Shown: positions 58,853-64,000 of the stretch, in pieces
Layout: each line of letters opens with the position of its first letter
Position numbering within the stretch: the first letter of the stretch is position 1
Source of the DNA: a bacterium
Lineage (GTDB): Bacteria > Bdellovibrionota > UBA2428
Length of the DNA: 64,000 nt
Reading direction: 5' to 3'
Assembly: GCA_009991595.1 (NCBI GenBank)
Contig: JAACVK010000027.1
Coordinates: 22,587 to 86,586 of the forward strand
The notes under the pieces: generated by a model
Told to the model about the DNA's origin: nothing
The model's database searches: none
The model's input: the letters and a program-made list of their open reading frames with translations, nothing else
Made by a program: the position numbers and the translations under genes

Positions 58853-61225
58853 ATGAAAAAAAGCTCACTGCCAAGGTTATCAAGCACCAAGCTTGAGAAG
58901 CTTTGGGAATATTTTAGCAAGTCAGGATTACGGGTGTATGTTCAAGACATTGTCGTTTGTTTCCTTGTGGTTTTTTTAATTCTTTTAATGACCCGTCACA
59001 CAGCAAGCTACAAAGACATTCCAAACCTACTCGAAGGAGAGGTGGCCTCTAGAACAATTCGTGTCGGAGATACCTTAGAAATTAATGACTATGCTGCTAG
59101 TGCCCTTGAGCGAGAAAAACTCTTGCGGAATGTGCCACGCGTTTTTGACTATGATCCTTTTGCGATCGATCGTGCTATTTCTGAATGGAAGGCAAATGTT
59201 CGAAGTGTCCGCGCTATTCGGGCAAGTGATTTAGAAAGAACGAAAATCTTTGCTGAAAAATACAGTCATGTGGCTTCTTTTAAGTCCGCTGACATTGCTT
59301 TGCTTTCAAAGCTTGGCTTCTCTCGTGGTGTGGAGCTTGCGATCAATAGCACCTTGGGGCCATTGCGAGACTTTAAAGTGGTTGAACAAGCCGAGGAAGC
59401 CCGTCGCGGAATGGAGGTTTTTAATCTTCAAACTAAGAAAAGCGAGCTTATCAAGGGACGCATGTTGGGCACTGTGATTAGTTTAGATGATGTTGCTCCC
59501 ATGTTGTTGAATTCTAGATTCTACGGCAACTTTTGGAAGGACGTGACCCTCCGTCAAAGACGCACTTTGGTCTATTTACACTCTAGGCTTTTGGTGCCAA
59601 ACGTGACCCTCAACAAAAAAGAGACCGAGACAAAGCGGAATGAAGCTCTCGGAGAGCTTCGCCCGTTGATTAAAAAAGTTCTTAAAGGCGAAGTGGTGGT
59701 TCGAGCTGGGGAAAGGGTTTCTAAAACCCAGGCCGAAATTTTAAGAGAGTTAAGAAGTCGTCAACAAAGGGCGCTGCCATGGGCAGAAGTTCTTTTTGAA
59801 GCTATTTTTGGAGCGCTTTGCTTTGCCCTTTTTATCTATTTTATAAGAAGTCAGTTTCCGCGGCTTCTAGAGAACACCAAAGACAACATGCTCTCGGTTT
59901 TCTTGCTTTTGGTTTCTTTGGCGACGTTCAAGTTAACTCTAGTTTTCATGATGGACATCATTGCCGAGCGCTTTGACTCGGTTCCGGCCCCTTTCTTTTT
60001 GTTTCTAATTCCGGTTGCGACCTCTGCGATGATCATTCGTTTTCTCATGAAGCCACAGATGGCGATCGTGTATTCTTTGATTTTTGGTCTTGGTGCAGCT
60101 GTTTTACTCGAGTCTGCATCTCTTTATGGCGCCTATGCCGTTACGGCCTGTCTGTCAGGGGCTTTCTTCTTGCGAAGTTGTCGTAGTCGAAATGATTTGT
60201 ATAGAGCCGGATTCTTTTCGGCTTTGGTTTGCGGAACCTCCGCTTTTTTCCTTGTTTTAAGTTGGGGCGGTGGGTTGCCGGTAAATTCAGATTACATTCG
60301 AGAAATTGGAAATACTGGGCACAATGCTCTTTACGCTGCAGTGTGGGCTTTTGCAGGAGGCTTTGTTGGTGGGTTCTTAGCCTCGGCCATTACATTGGTT
60401 ATTACGCCGTTGTTTGAAAGTCTTCTGGACTACACGACCGATCTAAAGCTGATTGAATTATCTCGAATGGATAATCCTCTGTTGAGGGATTTAGTTTTAA
60501 AGGCGCCGGGAACCTACCATCATTCAATTCTCGTTGGCTCTCTCTGTGAGGCAGCTTGCGAAGCCATCGGAGCAAACCCCTTGTTGGCTCGAGTGGGAGC
60601 TTATTATCATGACATCGGAAAAATTGGGCGCGCAGAATACTTTGTAGAAAATCAAAGTGGTGGGGTGAGTCCTCATGACAACATGAAGCCGCAGCTCTCA
60701 GCTAAGATTATCATTGCACACGTTAAAGAGGGAAAAGTGATGGCTGAGAAAGCCAAGCTGGGTCGCTCTATTGTTGATTTTATCATGCAACATCATGGAA
60801 CCTCTCTGGTGAGTTATTTCTTCAACAGAGCAAAGCAGATGGCTGCTCAGCCTGGTTCGGATGTGGACCCTGAGGAAATTAAGGAAGAAGACTATCGCTA
60901 CCCGGGCCCGAATCCTCGCTCTAAGGAAGCGGTTATCATGGCTTTAGCCGATTCTTGCGAAGCAGCGACTAGGTCTTTAGTGGAGCCTACCCCTGCTAGG
61001 GTCGAGGCGATGATCAATAAGATTCTTACAAAAGCCTTTGATGAGGGACTGTTGGAAGATGCGGAAATTACTTTGCGCGAGATTTACTTGGTTGGTAAAT
61101 CTTTTAATCGAATCTTGCTGGGGGTTCACCATCAACGGGTTGAGTATCCCGGCCAAGAAGATCAGTTACCGCCACCTGCCTCTAAAAATTCAAATGACAA
61201 AAAGCTTTTAAAGTCTGTTAAATAG
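58853..61225 (+). CDS. pgpH: 7TM-receptor HD-domain phosphohydrolase (PgpH/YqfF-like)
   Basis: 790 aa. Extracellular N-domain, 7 TM segments and an HD domain (HHSILVGSL...GAYYHDIGK). Conserved pairing with the downstream ybeY. Confidence 0.8.
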   Translation: MKKSSLPRLSSTKLEKLWEYFSKSGLRVYVQDIVVCFLVVFLILLMTRHTASYKDIPNLLEGEVASRTIRVGDTLEINDYAASALEREKLLRNVPRVFDYDPFAIDRAISEWKANVRSVRAIRASDLERTKIFAEKYSHVASFKSADIALLSKLGFSRGVELAINSTLGPLRDFKVVEQAEEARRGMEVFNLQTKKSELIKGRMLGTVISLDDVAPMLLNSRFYGNFWKDVTLRQRRTLVYLHSRLLVPNVTLNKKETETKRNEALGELRPLIKKVLKGEVVVRAGERVSKTQAEILRELRSRQQRALPWAEVLFEAIFGALCFALFIYFIRSQFPRLLENTKDNMLSVFLLLVSLATFKLTLVFMMDIIAERFDSVPAPFFLFLIPVATSAMIIRFLMKPQMAIVYSLIFGLGAAVLLESASLYGAYAVTACLSGAFFLRSCRSRNDLYRAGFFSALVCGTSAFFLVLSWGGGLPVNSDYIREIGNTGHNALYAAVWAFAGGFVGGFLASAITLVITPLFESLLDYTTDLKLIELSRMDNPLLRDLVLKAPGTYHHSILVGSLCEAACEAIGANPLLARVGAYYHDIGKIGRAEYFVENQSGGVSPHDNMKPQLSAKIIIAHVKEGKVMAEKAKLGRSIVDFIMQHHGTSLVSYFFNRAKQMAAQPGSDVDPEEIKEEDYRYPGPNPRSKEAVIMALADSCEAATRSLVEPTPARVEAMINKILTKAFDEGLLEDAEITLREIYLVGKSFNRILLGVHHQRVEYPGQEDQLPPPASKNSNDKKLLKSVK

Positions 61226-61731
61226 TGTCTGTGGTAAAACTAGATTTAACATTGAGCTTTCAAGATGCCGAGCAAAAGGCTTTGTTCCCTTTGAAGCAGT
61301 CTCAATTAAAAAAAATTGTTGGAGTCGTTTTTAAAGAATTGAAAAGCTCCGCAGAACTGGAAGAAACGGTAAAGCTGGTTGGTGCGCCAAGTTCTATTGG
61401 TGTTTACGTTTGTGATGATTTTGAAATCAGACAAATGCAAATTCGATATAAGAACCTTAAACGAGCTACGGATGTCTTGAGCTTTTGCACCCGAGATGAC
61501 CCGAACAACGATCGTAGCGGGTATCTTGGAGACATTGTTGTTTCAGTAGAAACAGTGATTCGAAATGCAAAACGATACAAGAGGCCTGTTCTAGAAGAGT
61601 ATAGGAGAGTTTTTATCCACTCTGTGCTCCACCTGTTGGGTTTTGAGCATGTGGGAGTATCTGCAGCCCGTCGGAATAGAATGCGGAAAATAGAGAAGCG
61701 AGTTTTAGGGCTTATCAAAAAGAGTCTCTAG
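61225..61731 (+). CDS. ybeY: rRNA maturation endoribonuclease YbeY
   Basis: 168 aa, GTG start. Zn motif HSVLHLLGFEH. Confidence 0.88.
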   Translation: MSVVKLDLTLSFQDAEQKALFPLKQSQLKKIVGVVFKELKSSAELEETVKLVGAPSSIGVYVCDDFEIRQMQIRYKNLKRATDVLSFCTRDDPNNDRSGYLGDIVVSVETVIRNAKRYKRPVLEEYRRVFIHSVLHLLGFEHVGVSAARRNRMRKIEKRVLGLIKKSL

Positions 61732-61776
61732 GGGGTGGCTTGTTTGTCAGGCGCTCTAAAGCTATAAATGGTATTT

Positions 61777-62887
61777 ATGAGCGAAAAGTTGTCTGAGTTA
61801 AATCAAAGAGTAGAGCTTCTTCGGAGGTCTCTTTGACGTTGATGGGAAAAGACGTCGCATCGAAGAAATTCAAAACTTAGAGGAATCTCCCGAGTTTTGG
61901 AACGACAATAAAAAAGCGAAAGATATTTTAAAAGAAAAAAGTTCCTTAGAAATGGTGACAGAGCCATTTTTTAAAAGTGCTCAAATGCTCGAAGATGTTC
62001 AAGTCCTGATTGAGCTATCGGCAGAAGAAGGTGGTTTAGATGAAGCCTCCAAGGCTGAAGTTGAAAGCACCTTTGAATCAGTCGAGGCCTCCTTACGTGA
62101 GTTAGAAGTGGCTAAAATGCTTTCAGGCGAGCTTGATTCGGGAGATTGCTACGTAGAAATAAATGCAGGAGCTGGTGGAACCGAAGCCTGTGACTGGGTA
62201 GGCATTCTCGCTCGAATGTATACACGGTATTTTCAGGACCGTGGATTTGATTTTGAAATGACTGATTTTACCGACGGCGATGGCGCTGGCTATCGATCGA
62301 TTAGTTACGAAGTTCAAGGATCCTTTTCTTATGGTTTTTTAAAAGCTGAAATCGGGATTCACCGTTTGGTGCGCATCTCTCCTTTTGATGCGAATAAAAA
62401 GAGGCACACAAGTTTTGCTTCAGTCTATGTTTATCCTGTTATCGATGAGGATATTGACGTGGAAGTTCGCACTGAAGATTTGCGAGTGGATACCTACCGT
62501 GCCAGTGGCGCTGGTGGACAGCACGTGAACAAAACAAATTCAGCTGTTCGTATGACTCACGCTCCTTCTGGGATTGTGGTGCAATGTCAGGCGGAACGTT
62601 CCCAGATACGAAACCGTGAGCGAGCGATGAAAATGTTAAAGGCTCGTTTGTATGAGATGGAAATTCAAAAAAGACAGGCCGAAGCAGATAAAGAAAATTC
62701 TGAAAAGCGAGAAATTGCTTGGGGCTCTCAGATCCGGAACTACGTTTTGCAGCCGTATCAACTGATTAAGGATGTAAGAACTAAATACGAAAGCTCGAAT
62801 GTTCAAAAAGTTCTTGATGGAGACATTCAGCCCTTTATTGAGTCCTATTTGATGATGAGCACAGATACGCCAACTCAAACGAGTTAG
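61777..62887 (+). CDS. prfB: Peptide chain release factor 2 (requires programmed +1 frameshift)
   Basis: Frame 0 runs 61777-61833 (MSEKLSELNQRVELLRRSL) and ends at in-frame TGA 61834-61836. The +1 frame from 61835 (DVDGKRRRIEEIQ...) is continuous with the track ORF 61952-62887. SPF and GGQ motifs are present. Total ~369 aa. Confidence 0.92.
61822..61837 (+). promoter_or_regulatory. prfB +1 frameshift site
   Basis: c ggagg tct CTT TGA C. The internal SD-like ggagg (61823-61827) lies 3 nt before the slippery CTT (61831-61833), followed by TGA-C. This is the same geometry as the E. coli prfB site. Confidence 0.9.
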
Positions 62888-63039
62888 CTTTGCAGTGGTT
62901 CAGAAACACTTTGACTGGGCCTTAACTGAATCTTGTTTGTTAGTTCAGTTGTCGAACCGATAAAATTACTAGCTAGAGATTCTAGTTACGTTGAATGTAA
63001 CCGTAAAGTTTTTTAACAAGATGAATAGGGGTTTTGGGG

Positions 63040-64000
63040 ATGAGTGCATTCTTTCGTATTTTAATAGGTTCGGCTTTTTTTATGATGTTGAGTGTTTCTC
63101 AACCGGCTTGGTCGGGTGGTTCAACCCCTCCTATCCCTGCGCCTGAACCAACACCAACTCCTGAGCCTCTGCCGGAACCCGATCCCAATAAGCCAAGTGT
63201 CATCGGTTTTAGTCTATACGATGAAATTACCGGCGCAGATGTTGTCTACAAAGACATTCAAAATGGAGACACGCTTGATCTAGAGCTGCTTCCCTCTTCT
63301 GCACAGTTAAATATTAGGGCAAAAGTCAACGATCTAGCGGTTAGCGTTGCTTTTGGTTTTGATGACCAGCCTCGTAGAGTGGAGAATGCGGCTCCTTACA
63401 CGGTATTCCTTGAAGATGGATCTGGAGAGGTTTCTTTAAGTAATGGCAATCACACTTTTTATGCAGAGGCCTATTCAGATAAGAATGCAGGAGGAGTTAA
63501 GGGCGAACGTTATAGTATTAGTGTTCGTATCGTTGGTGCTGGAAGCGCAAATCCAAATCCGACCCCAGGGCCTGAGCCCGGACCAACTCCAGAGCTGCCT
63601 CCTTCTGACTACGACCCTAGAAAGGATCCTGCCTATAATGGGTTTAAGTATCGTCCAGGACAAGGGTATAGCGGTGGTAAATGGAAGCTCCCTGCTCCTC
63701 CGAGTTGTGTGAAAGACGTCACTAGAACGATCACAGTCAATGGAACTTTTGATGGTAAGGGTTGTCTCTATCGCTGGAGGGGTAATTGGAATGGTAAGAG
63801 CTATAAGCAGCTTTGTTTTGCTCCCAAGGAACTTTCAGAAGGCACTCCCGCTATGTTTGATCTAAGGCCTGGGGCGACTTTGAAAAACGTTGTCATTGAA
63901 TGTGCTCTAGATGGCATTCACACCTCTAGAGACAATGTCATTGACAATGTTTTCATGAGAGACGTTGAAGAGGATGCTGTCACGGCAAGAGAAAACGTCA
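63040..64000 (+). CDS. Secreted PL3 pectate-lyase-like protein, 3'-truncated by the window end
   Basis: Absent from the ORF track because there is no stop in the window. Hand translation is open for 320 codons. Signal peptide MSAFFRILIGSAFFMMLSVSQPAWS, two Pro-rich linkers, then GATLKNVVIECALDGIHTSRDNVIDNVFMRDVEEDAVT, which resembles the PL3 (PF03211) core. Confidence 0.6.
   Translation, partial: MSAFFRILIGSAFFMMLSVSQPAWSGGSTPPIPAPEPTPTPEPLPEPDPNKPSVIGFSLYDEITGADVVYKDIQNGDTLDLELLPSSAQLNIRAKVNDLAVSVAFGFDDQPRRVENAAPYTVFLEDGSGEVSLSNGNHTFYAEAYSDKNAGGVKGERYSISVRIVGAGSANPNPTPGPEPGPTPELPPSDYDPRKDPAYNGFKYRPGQGYSGGKWKLPAPPSCVKDVTRTITVNGTFDGKGCLYRWRGNWNGKSYKQLCFAPKELSEGTPAMFDLRPGATLKNVVIECALDGIHTSRDNVIDNVFMRDVEEDAVTARENV

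Noticed and set aside
63092-63712. Track ORFs 63092-63283 (+), 63443-63712 (+) and 63475-63663 (-).
   Set aside because: They are out of frame or antisense to the much longer open frame starting at 63040, which has a signal peptide and a recognisable lyase-like domain.

Overview
This 64-kb window comes from a Gram-negative bacterium, shown by LptE, MlaFED and a 3-TM SecE. TIGR02147-family content and many orphan secreted proteins hint at a Bdellovibrio-like predator, but that is only a guess. All homology calls were made by eye from the translations; no searches were run.

Gene content:
- The window is dominated by the transcription/translation super-cluster: tuf, tRNA-Trp, secE, nusG, rplKAJL, rpoBC, then a 6.7-kb accessory block, then rpsL-rpsG-fusA.
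- A sugar-phosphate transferase gene follows, then a contiguous S10/spc/alpha cluster (rpsJ to rplQ, with secY, adk, rpmJ and rpoA).
- Next come a thioredoxin/coiled-coil fusion gene, a displaced rpsN, and hppA.
- The last third is mixed housekeeping: a guaC-like gene, bolA, acyP, alr, mlaEFD plus a TPR gene, a DUF721 gene, lptE-holA, rpsT, mazG, a pgpH-like gene and ybeY.
- prfB carries the classical +1 frameshift.
- Several orphan secreted proteins or lipoproteins are scattered through this part, and a 3'-truncated PL3 pectate-lyase-like gene runs off the window end.

I found no CRISPR array, rRNA, transposase, integrase, or recognisable defence or toxin-antitoxin genes. I see no compelling coherent novel multi-gene system.

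The most unusual signals are architectural:
- rplC is absent from its slot between rpsJ and rplD.
- rpsN has moved out of the spc cluster to sit behind a TlpA-like/coiled-coil gene.
- rpsD, infA and map are absent from their usual positions.
- An orphan-rich accessory block splits rpoC from rpsL.
- A phosphoglycosyl transferase sits where tuf usually follows fusA.
- Four ribosomal proteins carry lysine/alanine-rich tails.
- A perfect 20-bp palindrome lies upstream of a TIGR02147-family two-gene module.
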